Source: Candidatus Hydrogenedentota bacterium (GTDB lineage: Bacteria; Hydrogenedentota; Hydrogenedentia; Hydrogenedentales; CAITNO01). Taken from it: a stretch of DNA of 52,819 bases. The position numbers and the translations under genes were made by a program. The notes beneath the pieces are model-generated. The model was not told where the DNA came from. It did not search any database and worked only from the letters and a program-made list of their open reading frames with translations. The DNA is taken from positions 1 through 52,819 of the forward strand of contig CAIUWO010000617.1 in NCBI GenBank assembly GCA_903902895.1, given 5' to 3'. Every line of letters starts with the position of its first letter. The stretch's first letter is position 1. Below, piece by piece: positions 9,824 through 19,161 of the stretch.

Positions 9824-10831
9824 TCAACAATATGGAATGCGTTCCTCAAGTAGACGCAATTGAACGGGGGTTGCCTGCCTGTATGTCGGAGATTTGCGGT
9901 CAAGCGCGGATGCAATTGCGTTGCCGACGGCTGCGGCAACCGGTGGGGGGAAAGCGTTGCCAACCTGCCGATACGCAGCTGTTTTCTTGCCGCTGAACTT
10001 CCAGAAGTCGGGAAACCCCTGAATGCGTGCCACCATCCGGACGGTCAACCGCGGCTGTCCATCTATGGGAAAATCACGGGATGGTGGTCCGTCTGCAATC
10101 CCAATGCCGTCCACTCCAAGGCCACACCATTGCCTTCGTGCTCTTGTTGGTCCCAAATCGGGACCTCCATGCTTCTTTGACCCTCCAACAATGGTGGGGG
10201 CAATTTGTTGGGCCTGACGATGCCAACGGTCAACCCCCCGCCACCCCCCCGCTGACATTAGGTCTTTCAACGTGTCACCCACGGTGACCTTTTCGGCCAG
10301 GGGGGAGGGCCATTCAAAGAACGGCATGTACTCACTTGGAAGGCCCACAAGGATAAACCTTGGGCGAAGTTGGGGAACGCCATAATCCGCTGCCTGCAGA
10401 ACCCGCCAGTCTGTTTCGTAGCCCAGGCGCATCAATTCGGAAGACAGCTCTTCGCGATATGTCGCGAATTTTGCCGATGCGAATCCCGGCACATTCTCAA
10501 GCAAGACCGCTTTGGGCTTCATCTCTCCGATCAGGCGCAATGCTTCGGGGAACATGTCTCTGTCATCATCGGTTCCGAGTTGTTTGCCGGCGATGGAGAA
10601 TGGCGGACAGGGAACTCCGGCTGCAAACAAATCCACATTGGACCATCGAGTTCCATCAACAAGGCGCATGTCTTCTTGGAGGACATTCCAATGTGGGCGG
10701 TTAAGGCGAAGTGTTGTACAACAATTACCATCGATTTCTACTGCAGCAACGCAATCGAATCCAGCAGCTTCAAGGCCAAGCGCCTGCCCGCCCCCCCCCA
10801 CGCAGAATTCTGCCACAGATAATCTACGCAT
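9824..10831 (-). CDS. DNA (cytosine-5) methyltransferase, NaeI/NgoMIV-like
   Basis: Motif I FCVGGGG, IV GVPCPPFS, VI ENV, VIII QLRPR, IX ARIQGFP, X QVGNA. Variable region 'APTIVGGSKKHGGPDLGPTRA' is recalled as typical of GCCGGC-family MTases. Confidence 0.95.
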   Translation of the reverse strand: MRRLSVAEFCVGGGGQALGLEAAGFDCVAAVEIDGNCCTTLRLNRPHWNVLQEDMRLVDGTRWSNVDLFAAGVPCPPFSIAGKQLGTDDDRDMFPEALRLIGEMKPKAVLLENVPGFASAKFATYREELSSELMRLGYETDWRVLQAADYGVPQLRPRFILVGLPSEYMPFFEWPSPLAEKVTVGDTLKDLMSAGGWRGVDRWHRQAQQIAPTIVGGSKKHGGPDLGPTRARRQWCGLGVDGIGIADGPPSRDFPIDGQPRLTVRMVARIQGFPDFWKFSGKKTAAYRQVGNAFPPPVAAAVGNAIASALDRKSPTYRQATPVQLRLLEERIPYC

Positions 10832-11516
10832 AAAATGCTACCGTCGCCCGATTCTTCTTAAATATCACCGCATTCATCAGAGGCTTGAGTCCATACATAT
10901 GGATACTATATTCCTTTTAACGCCGAATAATGCTTAGACGGCTCTGCATAAGATAGGGCATTCTACTTGCTTATGGCTTTGTTTCTATAACGCCCACCGC
11001 GCAGGCCGTGTTTTCTAGCGTAGCACGCCGCGATGCGCTCTTGCGAATTCCGCGATGCACTTTTGGCGACGGGATTGCCATGTATTCATTCTTTTGGCAT
11101 TGCGCCTGTTTTGCGCAGCACTGCCCCGCGGTCGCGCACCTCGACAGTCAAGGCACCCTACGCCGACTCCAGGTCTTTCCTCTGCAACAAGTCGCGCCGC
11201 GGCTGCCGCGTTCGGAAACGTGATACGGTGCGCTCCGCTTCGCCGCATGCACCCTGCGGGACGCGCCGTGTGCCCCCCCAAGCCGCGCCGCCGCGCCCAA
11301 GCCTGTCACGCCAATCATCCCCGCGCCGGAACTGGGGCATTTCGCAGCCTAAATTCAGGGAATACCTTAGCCCCGGAACGTCCAGCGCAGACTACAATTA
11401 TTATTGACTATACAGTTTTTTCAACTGTCATTCCCCTGCCATCGGTCCCTTAAGAAGGGCAGTACCGTTCGAGAGCGCGAAAGGGACCGGCGGCGGGCGT
11501 CAATGGAGGCTGAACC

Positions 11517-12602
11517 ATGGCCGAGTTGGACAAGTACCTGATGATGATGGTGGAGCACGGGGCGTCGGATCTGCATTTCTGCACGGGTTGCAGGCCCATG
11601 TTCCGCAAGGACGGATCGATTGTGCGGCTGCGCGAGGACGAGGTCAATGTCCACTGGGCCAAGACAATGCTGTACGAAATCATGCCCAAGCGCAGCGAGG
11701 ACGAGTACAACCAGACCAGTGACACGGACTTCGCCTACGAGCTTCCGGGATACGGGCGCTTCCGGGTGAACGTGTTCCGGGACCACAAGGGCATGTGCGG
11801 CGTGTTTCGGCTGATTCCGACAAAGATACTCTCGTTTGAGCAGCTCCAGCTTCCGGAGGCGGTCAAAAAATTCTGCACGCTCAGCAAGGGGCTGGTGCTG
11901 GTGACCGGTCCGACGGGCAGCGGCAAGTCGACCACGCTGGCCGCGATGATCGACCATATCAACAAGAACCGCGACGAGCACATCATCACCATCGAGGACC
12001 CGGTGGAGTTTGTGCACCAGAACCAGCGCTGCCTGGTCAACCAGCGCGAGGTCCACTCGCACACGGCAAGCTTCAAGACGGCGCTGCGCGCGGCGCTGCG
12101 CGAGGACCCCGACATCGTGCTGGTCGGCGAAATGCGCGACCTTGAGACGACGCACATCGCCATTGAGACGGCTGAAACGGGGCACCTTGTGTTCGGCACG
12201 CTGCACACGACGACGGCCATTTCCACGATAGACCGCCTGATCGATCAGTTCCCGGCGGAGCAGCAGCAGCAGATCCGCACCATGCTCGCCTCGACGTTGA
12301 AGGGGGTGGTGGCACAGAACCTGCTCAAGAAGAGGGGCGGCGGCCGGGTGGCGGCGCTGGAGGTGCTGATCGTCAACCAGGCGGTTTCGATGCTGATCCG
12401 CGAGGCCAAGAACGCGCAGATCATGAGCATCATGCAGACCGGGCGCAAGGACGGCATGACCCTGCTCAACCAGGAACTCACGCGGCTGGTCAAGACAGAC
12501 CTGGTGGAACCCGAGGAGGCCTACCACAGGTGCGCGGACAAACCGGACCTGCTCAAGCACCTGGAGGCGGCGGGCATTTCCTTCTCCCAGTCCACGCACT
12601 GA
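11517..12602 (+). CDS. pilT: Type IV pilus retraction ATPase PilT
   Basis: ASDLH, GRFRVN, GPTGSGKST, EDPVE, LREDPD, GEMRD, TGHLVFGTLHT and an AIRNLIRE-like 'AVSMLIRE'. Confidence 0.95.
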   Translation: MAELDKYLMMMVEHGASDLHFCTGCRPMFRKDGSIVRLREDEVNVHWAKTMLYEIMPKRSEDEYNQTSDTDFAYELPGYGRFRVNVFRDHKGMCGVFRLIPTKILSFEQLQLPEAVKKFCTLSKGLVLVTGPTGSGKSTTLAAMIDHINKNRDEHIITIEDPVEFVHQNQRCLVNQREVHSHTASFKTALRAALREDPDIVLVGEMRDLETTHIAIETAETGHLVFGTLHTTTAISTIDRLIDQFPAEQQQQIRTMLASTLKGVVAQNLLKKRGGGRVAALEVLIVNQAVSMLIREAKNAQIMSIMQTGRKDGMTLLNQELTRLVKTDLVEPEEAYHRCADKPDLLKHLEAAGISFSQSTH

Positions 12603-12607
12603 CAGCG

Positions 12608-15550
12608 TCAGCCGCCGGCAGCCACACCCTGTGCCGGCCCATTGTCCAGGCGCTTCAGTTCCTCATCTATAAGGGCGCGGCCCTTGTCGTCCAGGGCGGG
12701 CATGGCCTGCACCTCGTTGTAGGCGTCGCGCGCCTCGGTTTTGCGGCCGAGTTTTACGAGCGTTCGCGCCATGGCCCACCTCACATCGAAGTCCTCGGGA
12801 GTCTGGGCGGCCGCATCGCTGAGCATGCTGAGCGCCTCACCGGCGCGGTTCTGCCGCACGCGCATGTCGGCCCACTGCACCGCGAGGGGGGCGCGCATCT
12901 CCCCGGGCAGGCACCCCTTTGCCGTTTCAAAAAGCTTGTCGGCGCGGTCAAAATCGCCTATGTTGGAAAAAACGATGGCTAGGTTGAACGCCGATGGACA
13001 GGCACCCGGCTCGGTCAGGGGCCGCTGCTGGAGCACCTCGAAGAGCATGACCGCGGACCAGCCAAAAGCCTGGGCGAGCGGCATGGGCCCCGTGGGATCC
13101 GCGCCGCGCACAGCCGAGGCAAGCACCAGCGTGGCGTTCTCCAGCGCCGCGGACCCGCGGCGCAGCACCAGGTCCACCGAGGCCACGCGGGGCAGGGGCT
13201 TTTCTGACGGATTTTCCTCAAGCGCGCGGCACGAAAGCTGAATGGACTCCTCAAAGGACCGCACCCGGCCATGCTCAAAGGCGAAGCGTGCGTAGTTGGT
13301 CCACACTTCGGGCAGTCGCGGGGCGCCCTGCACGGCGCTGCGGTAGGCGTTCTCGGCCCCGTCAAGGTCGCCGTAGCCGTTTTCCAGCACGTTCGCCAGA
13401 AACAGGTGCGCCGTGGCCAGCGCCTTCCGGTCCGGCTCGGACCGGCGCCGCAGCCAGTCAATCTGCTCGTTCAGCAGGGCGCGCAGCCGGTCAAACCGCT
13501 TGTGGTCGCGGGCGAACCCCAGAAACAGGGGCCACGTGTCCCTGTCGCCCAGATTGGTCTGCGCCGCCCGTGCAAGCGCGTCTTCGGCACCGCCAATCTC
13601 GCCCAGGGCAAGGCAGACCCGGCCAAGATTCCGGTAGAGCCCGGGGCCGTTCTCCTGCACCTGGTTGTTGGCAACCGCGCGGCGCAGATGGTCGCGGGCC
13701 GTTTCCCAGTATTCTTTGGCGCGGACCCGCACGTCTTCGCGCTCCTGCGCCGCCAGCAGCGTGGCGCAAAGCGAGGAGGCCCGCCCGAGGGTGTCATCGG
13801 CCGCGGCCAGACTGGGGCAGAGCGCCAGCGCGGCGCGCGCCCCGCGCACCGACTCGTCAAAAAGGGACAGTGCCTTGGCTGTGTTTTCCGGGGTGTCCGT
13901 GGGCGTGGCCTGCGCGATGAGCAGTTTAGCCTCGGCCAGCGTCACATGCACCATGACCTGGTTCGGGTTAAGCGCAAGCGATTCCTCGAAGGCGCGGCAG
14001 GCGCCGGGCAGGTCGCCGTCTTTCATGAGAAACTGGCCGGCGCGCCATGGGAAGTCCGCGTTCCATGGAACCATATTCCCGCCCCAGGAGAGGTAATAGC
14101 GGGCCTCGTTCTTCTGTCCGGCGGCATGCGCCCCCATCGCCTTGTGCAGATAGTATTCCCCCGCGAACTCACAGGTGCCCAGAATCGCGAACCCCGCAGT
14201 CACCGCAAACGCGGCGCAGCGCCACAACGCGGACAATCGGGCCGGTTCGGAAGGTTTGGCAAACGATGCGGAGGCCACGCCGTCCAGCAACCCGAACGCC
14301 AGGAACAACACGGACGCCGACACGGGCAGCCGCAGGTTGAATCCGAACAGGCCATCGACCAGAAATGCGCTAAACAGCGCCGCAAGCATCCAGCCGAGGC
14401 GGCGCCGCTCGCGATCCCCCCCGCTGAACGCCATCACCAGCGCCATGCCCGCCCCCAGCAGCATCAGGGCGAGATACACCCCCGCCGCGGGCAGCCCCGC
14501 ATCGGCCGCCAGTTCCAGAGCATCGTTGTGCACGTGGTAGTTCATCCGCAGGTCGCGGGCGAAATATTCCTGCTCGTAGGGGGTCCAGAAACGGGGATTG
14601 GCCTCCTTGTAGATGCCCGGGCCGAAGCCCAGCAACGGCTTTTCCATCGCCATGCGCGACGCGCCCACAAACGACTGGTAGCGCAGCAAAATGGAGGTGT
14701 CCAGCGGAAAGGCGCTGCCGGTGCGCGCCTTGAGCACCGCCATGAGCCCCACGGCGCCCAGCGCGGCCAGCAGCGCGGCCAGCGCCAGTGACACGGCGGC
14801 GGCCCGGCCCGGCCGCCGGGGCATGACCCGTTTGATAACGGCCGCAAGCAGCAGCACGCCCGCCGCCCCGGCAAGCGCCAGCAGGCCGCCGCGCTGCTCG
14901 GTATAGACGAGCCAGGAGGCGTACCCCACCAGCAGCGGCAGCGCCCACAGCCAGCCGGAACGCAGCAGATACAGGGCCACGATAATGACCAGCACCAGTG
15001 CGTGGGCGGCATAGTTGGGGTTGCCGAAGGGGCCGGGCAAATGCCGGTAGGCGTCGCTGGTGCGCTCCCCCCAGGGGAAGGTGTCATATCCGGCCGCCTG
15101 CGCGGCCGCGTAAAGCGTCGCGAAACCCATTGCAACGCACAGCGCCCGCAGCGGCCTGCGCGCCTCTTCAGGCGTGCCGTAAAGCTGCGTGGCCGTGAAA
15201 TACAGCGCGAACAGGGACACAAACCGCCCCGCTTCCACCAGTGCCGCCCCGCGTGACCCCGAAGTCAGCGCCGACGCAAGCAGCAGCGCCACAAAGAGCG
15301 CCAGCATCTCCAGCAAAAGCCGGGGCCGCCGGAAGGGGATGCCAAACCAGCCCATGGCCAGCAGCCAGCCGCCGCCAAGCGCCAGCGCGCCCCAACTCAG
15401 CACCAGCCATTTGATGTCGCCCGTGGCGTCGCGCGTGTACGCGTACATGGACAGCACAACGGCGAACAGATAGGCGTTAAAAAGTCCGCGAAAAATGCGG
15501 TATACTATGTCTTGTGTTCTGGGCACTGATGAAACTCCGTGCATTGCCAC
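12608..15550 (-). CDS. O-antigen ligase / O-oligosaccharyltransferase (Wzy_C) family membrane protein with long TPR region
   Basis: About 12 hydrophobic segments, 'GPFGNPN', 'RGG', 'PLLGFGPG' and 'HVHND' motifs, followed by TPR-like helical repeats. Exact start uncertain. Confidence 0.88.
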   Translation of the reverse strand: MAMHGVSSVPRTQDIVYRIFRGLFNAYLFAVVLSMYAYTRDATGDIKWLVLSWGALALGGGWLLAMGWFGIPFRRPRLLLEMLALFVALLLASALTSGSRGAALVEAGRFVSLFALYFTATQLYGTPEEARRPLRALCVAMGFATLYAAAQAAGYDTFPWGERTSDAYRHLPGPFGNPNYAAHALVLVIIVALYLLRSGWLWALPLLVGYASWLVYTEQRGGLLALAGAAGVLLLAAVIKRVMPRRPGRAAAVSLALAALLAALGAVGLMAVLKARTGSAFPLDTSILLRYQSFVGASRMAMEKPLLGFGPGIYKEANPRFWTPYEQEYFARDLRMNYHVHNDALELAADAGLPAAGVYLALMLLGAGMALVMAFSGGDRERRRLGWMLAALFSAFLVDGLFGFNLRLPVSASVLFLAFGLLDGVASASFAKPSEPARLSALWRCAAFAVTAGFAILGTCEFAGEYYLHKAMGAHAAGQKNEARYYLSWGGNMVPWNADFPWRAGQFLMKDGDLPGACRAFEESLALNPNQVMVHVTLAEAKLLIAQATPTDTPENTAKALSLFDESVRGARAALALCPSLAAADDTLGRASSLCATLLAAQEREDVRVRAKEYWETARDHLRRAVANNQVQENGPGLYRNLGRVCLALGEIGGAEDALARAAQTNLGDRDTWPLFLGFARDHKRFDRLRALLNEQIDWLRRRSEPDRKALATAHLFLANVLENGYGDLDGAENAYRSAVQGAPRLPEVWTNYARFAFEHGRVRSFEESIQLSCRALEENPSEKPLPRVASVDLVLRRGSAALENATLVLASAVRGADPTGPMPLAQAFGWSAVMLFEVLQQRPLTEPGACPSAFNLAIVFSNIGDFDRADKLFETAKGCLPGEMRAPLAVQWADMRVRQNRAGEALSMLSDAAAQTPEDFDVRWAMARTLVKLGRKTEARDAYNEVQAMPALDDKGRALIDEELKRLDNGPAQGVAAGG

Positions 15551-15705
15551 CCTGATTTCGGGTCATGCTAGCACCGCGACACGGCCCGTAGCAAGACCCG
15601 GCCGTGCCCGATTTGCATCCGCACGCGTTTTGCGGACACAATATAATTTGTCGGGACATGCAGAGTCACGGGATAGAACGGTTCCGGCACAGGAAAGGAA
15701 TGATT

Positions 15706-15960
15706 GTGCGGTATTCCCTTCTGGATTTGAACGGCGCGCTGATACTGGGAGTCGGACTCGGCATGCTGGTGTGCTTTTCGCTGGAGTATTTTTTCGATAT
15801 TTCAGCGGGGGGGCCGCTGATGGGCATCCTTGCGGCCGCCACGGTCGGTATCGGTTCCGTATATGGGAGCAGCATGCGCAGCCGTGCGCAGGCCCGCGCG
15901 CGGCGGGAAAACCAGGAAAGCTCCCCGCCCCGGACGCGCAGCGGGAATACGGAAGAGTAA
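15706..15960 (+). CDS. Small two-TM membrane protein
   Basis: AAAGGA RBS before GTG 15706 (alternative ATG 15700); two hydrophobic helices and a charged tail. Confidence 0.6.
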   Translation: MRYSLLDLNGALILGVGLGMLVCFSLEYFFDISAGGPLMGILAAATVGIGSVYGSSMRSRAQARARRENQESSPPRTRSGNTEE

Positions 15961-16059
15961 CTCCCGGCCTTGGCGCACGACGCACCGCCGCACTGCCGCC
16001 AAACCGAACCCGGGCCCTTGACCTGGCCGGGCAACAAGCCTGATATGGGGATTTCGACC

Positions 16060-16809
16060 ATGAACAAACTGCTCCTTCTAACACTGGCCCTCACGCTCCT
16101 CCCTCTGTCCGCATTCGCCGAAACGCCCCCAAAGGCGCTGGTCATCACCGGCGGCCACGGCTTTGACGACGCCCCCTTCGACGCCATGCTCAAGGCCCTG
16201 CCGGGCGTGGAATGCACGCGCATCGACGTGAAGGACGACGGTTCCATTTTTGAGAAGCTTCCGGAGGGAAAATGGGACGTCATCGTGCTCTACAACATGG
16301 GCCAGAAGATCTCCGACAAGAGCAGGGAGAATTTCCTGGCATTGCTCGACCGGGGCGTGGGGCTGGTGGTGATGCACCACGCCATCGCCGCGTTCAACGA
16401 CTGGCCCGAGTACTGGAAGATCATCGGCGCGCACTATTTTCTGAAAGACTATACCGAAAAAGGCAGCGAACACGCGCAGAGCACGTGGAAAGAAGGCTTG
16501 GAGTACACCCTGACCCCCGCGGACAAGGACCACCCCATTCTGAAGGGCGTGATGCCCTTCACCGTGCACGACGAGACCTACAAGGGGTTCACGACGGCCC
16601 CGGACAATCATACGCTGCTGACCACCGAAGGTCCGACAACCCAGCCGGAGTACGCCTGGTCGCGCACCTACAAGAACGCCAATGTGGTCTATATGCTGCC
16701 GGGCCACGGCCCCACCATTTTCGCCGACGAGAATTACCGCAAGGTGGTGGGTCAGGCGATTCTGTGGGCGGCCAAGCCGGCGAAGGACGGGGTGTCCGCC
16801 ATCAAGTGA
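16060..16809 (+). CDS. Exported ThuA-like (class I glutamine amidotransferase-like) protein
   Basis: Signal peptide from ATG 16060; 'ITGGHGFD', 'GVGLVVMHH', 'HPIL...DETY' and 'PGHG' motifs. Confidence 0.88.
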   Translation: MNKLLLLTLALTLLPLSAFAETPPKALVITGGHGFDDAPFDAMLKALPGVECTRIDVKDDGSIFEKLPEGKWDVIVLYNMGQKISDKSRENFLALLDRGVGLVVMHHAIAAFNDWPEYWKIIGAHYFLKDYTEKGSEHAQSTWKEGLEYTLTPADKDHPILKGVMPFTVHDETYKGFTTAPDNHTLLTTEGPTTQPEYAWSRTYKNANVVYMLPGHGPTIFADENYRKVVGQAILWAAKPAKDGVSAIK

Positions 16810-16938
16810 AGAAACAGCGCGGCCAGACGCGAGTAGCACAGGCCTGCAGCAACTGGGGTCGCCGGGAGCTTCCGCCAACGACATTGACCCAAAACCGGAC
16901 CTGTTGGCGTTGACAAATTTCGGGGGCTCTGGTTCTTC

Positions 16939-17604
16939 AACGCGCCGAAGGCGCACAATGCAACAGCCCGGGGCAACGCCCCGGGAAAACATACCCCATC
17001 CATGGTCTAAGCCCTGCAAGGGCGAAACGACCGGGCCGACGCCCGCGTCTAATCCCACACGTACCGCTCGTCATAGTCAATTTCATATTCTTTCAGAAAC
17101 CGCCTGAACTCCCCCTGAAAGGTGTTCTTGTGATGGTGACTCTCCTGGTTCCGGATGTACCGCCCCACCGCCAGAATCCGCGACGCGCTCACGGAAAACC
17201 CGCCATAACCCGACTGCCAGTGAAAATCCCCAAACCCCGCCCCCTGGGTCTTAATCCATTTTGATGAGCTCTTCTTGACCTCCTCCACAATATCCGCCAG
17301 AGCATGGTTCTTGGATTGCGAGAGAAGAATATGCACATGGTCCGAAACGGGTCCGACTGCCAGCGCCGGCGAATTTTGGTTGCGCAGAATCCCGCCAAGG
17401 TAGGCGCGCAAAGGCTCATGAATCTGCGGGACGAGATACGGAACGCGGTTCTTGGTGGAGAACACCAGATGAACGACGGTTCGGCAAAGAGACTGCGACA
17501 TGGCGGCTACCGCTCCTTGCGCCCTTTCAGGGCTCCTTCCTTGAATGGGACTCCTTTCCCGGGGCGTTGCCCCGGGCTATTTCATTGTGCGCCTTCGGCG
17601 CGTT
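16939..17604 (-). mobile_element. IS200-like / REP-associated tyrosine transposase locus bounded by inverted multi-hairpin arms
   Basis: 50-bp inverted repeats at 16939-16988 and 17555-17604 (48/50 identical), plus inner GCCCT-G(C/A)A-AGGGC hairpins at 17010-17024 and 17520-17534, surrounding a lone TnpA gene. Confidence 0.85.
17049..17501 (-). CDS. tnpA: HUH (Y1) transposase TnpA, IS200/IS605 family
   Basis: 'HLVFSTKNR', HUH 'DHVH', 'KKSSSKW', 'WQSGYGGFSVS', catalytic 'YIRNQ'. No tnpB nearby. Confidence 0.93.
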   Translation of the reverse strand: MSQSLCRTVVHLVFSTKNRVPYLVPQIHEPLRAYLGGILRNQNSPALAVGPVSDHVHILLSQSKNHALADIVEEVKKSSSKWIKTQGAGFGDFHWQSGYGGFSVSASRILAVGRYIRNQESHHHKNTFQGEFRRFLKEYEIDYDERYVWD

Positions 17605-17691
17605 ACACCATGAGAATAGCACAGGCTACCCCCGGCATCCGTCTACGAAATCCATCCGAAGGCGCTTAAGAAAACACGCGTTGACAGCACG

Positions 17692-17731
17692 GCGGCCCGG
17701 CGCGCAAAGCGCCGGGCCGCTCTTTCAGTTT
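17692..17731. terminator. Terminator-like hairpin
   Basis: GCGGCCCGGCGC-GCAAA-GCGCCGGGCCGC followed by TCTTTCAGTTT; lies 3' of the minus-strand oxidoreductase operon, but the T-tail is on the + strand. Confidence 0.55.
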
Positions 17732-17800
17732 CATCAGATTGGTCCGTTTGCCTTTGGCTTGTATTCTGACTCCTGACTCCTTTTGCCGCCTTCCCTGCGC

Positions 17801-19114
17801 TCAGACGATGATCTTTTCCATCACCGCGTCGTAGCGGACCGTCTTTTCCTCGCGCTGGGAATAGGCGGCCATGTGCAGCGCGGTCTGCACCTTGAGTGCC
17901 AGTTCGGGTCCGCTCAGGGTGTTCTTGTCGCGCTTGATGCAGCAGTCAATGAAGTTCTTGAAGAACAGCCGGGTGTCCTCGGGCTGTTCAATCTTGAAGC
18001 GCTGCTCGTCCTTTTCCTTCCTCGTGTTGCCTTCGGCCGGCTTGAAGACGATTTCCTCGCCCACAATGGTCAGCGACCCTTCCCAGCCGCGCACGATGGG
18101 CACGCGCCCGCCGGCGCCGCGGCCCTGCACGCCCTGGTCGTTGTTCCCCTGCGTGCCGAGCACGGCGATGCAGACCTTCTCGGGAAACTCCAGCAGCAGG
18201 TTGAAGGTGTCGGGCACCTCGCGCTCGTTGTAGCGGTACTTGCCGCCGAGCGCGACCGCCTTGGACGGCATGCCGAGATTGAGGATGTACATAAGCGGCG
18301 TGAGCGGGTGTGGAAACAGGTCCGTCACGGGGCCGCCCGAATAGTCCTCATACATGCGCCAGCGGAACATCCGGCTGGCATCAAAGGGGCGCCTGGGCGC
18401 GTCGCCCAGGAAACCTTCCCAGTTCAGGTCGGCGCCCGGCTGCGCCTTCGGGTCGTCGATGGGCATCCCCACCTCGCCCCAGTCGCCGACGCGGAAGTAG
18501 CCCGTCTCACCGTGGATGGGCTGGCCGACCATGCCGTCGCGGACCATTTTGGCCATCTGGTGGTAGGCGCTGTCGGACATGGCCTGGCAGCCGACCTGCA
18601 TCACCTGGTTGGACGCCATTGCGGTGCGGCACAGTTCTCGGGTGAGTTCATACTGGCGCCAGTGGGTCAGCGGCTTTTCGCAGTAGACATCCTTGCCCGC
18701 GAGAATGGCGTCCAGCGCCTGATACCCGTGGTGGTGGTCCGGCGTGGCGATGCTCACCACGTCCACGTTCGGGTCGGCGAGCAGTTCCTTGTGGTCCATG
18801 TAGACCTTTTCCGCGCCGTACTTTTTGGCGGCGCGCTCGGCGCGCGGCTTGTAGGTGTCGCAGACGGCGGTGATCTTGACGTTCATCTTCTGATCTTCGG
18901 CCAGCCATTTGTAGCTGCTCATGTGCGCCCCGGACCGGCCACCGCAGCCGATCTGGCCGACGCGGATGGTCTCATTGGGGCTGGCCGCTTCGGCCCGCAC
19001 CCACGGCCCGGCCGCGGCCACCGTGGCCACCGACCCCGCCAGCACGGCATGGCGCATGAATTCGCGGCGGGTCGATCCCGACGTGTCAACCGGGTGTTCC
19101 TGATTCTCCGACAT
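17801..19114 (-). CDS. Tat-exported Gfo/Idh/MocA family oxidoreductase
   Basis: Start ATG 19114 (AAGGAG RBS); TRREF Tat motif; 'GQIGCGGR', 'ATPDHHH' and 'YCEKP' motifs. Confidence 0.93.
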   Translation of the reverse strand: MSENQEHPVDTSGSTRREFMRHAVLAGSVATVAAAGPWVRAEAASPNETIRVGQIGCGGRSGAHMSSYKWLAEDQKMNVKITAVCDTYKPRAERAAKKYGAEKVYMDHKELLADPNVDVVSIATPDHHHGYQALDAILAGKDVYCEKPLTHWRQYELTRELCRTAMASNQVMQVGCQAMSDSAYHQMAKMVRDGMVGQPIHGETGYFRVGDWGEVGMPIDDPKAQPGADLNWEGFLGDAPRRPFDASRMFRWRMYEDYSGGPVTDLFPHPLTPLMYILNLGMPSKAVALGGKYRYNEREVPDTFNLLLEFPEKVCIAVLGTQGNNDQGVQGRGAGGRVPIVRGWEGSLTIVGEEIVFKPAEGNTRKEKDEQRFKIEQPEDTRLFFKNFIDCCIKRDKNTLSGPELALKVQTALHMAAYSQREEKTVRYDAVMEKIIV

Positions 19115-19161
19115 GACTGAGATTCTCCTTCGTTGTTGGTTAAATAATTGGAAACCCTGTG

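Noticed and set aside
9796-9963. N-terminal extension of the HNH ORF overlapping the MTase
   Set aside because: A better start with RBS exists at 9795; the extension overlaps the MTase 3' end.
15637-15652. ACACAATATAATTTGT as an NrdR box
   Set aside because: Single copy, mismatches at conserved positions, and no nucleotide-metabolism gene nearby.
16834-17626. TAGCACAGGC direct repeats (16834, 17617) as a target-site duplication of the TnpA element
   Set aside because: They are asymmetrically placed relative to the arms, and HUH transposases do not make target duplications; more likely decayed REP starts.
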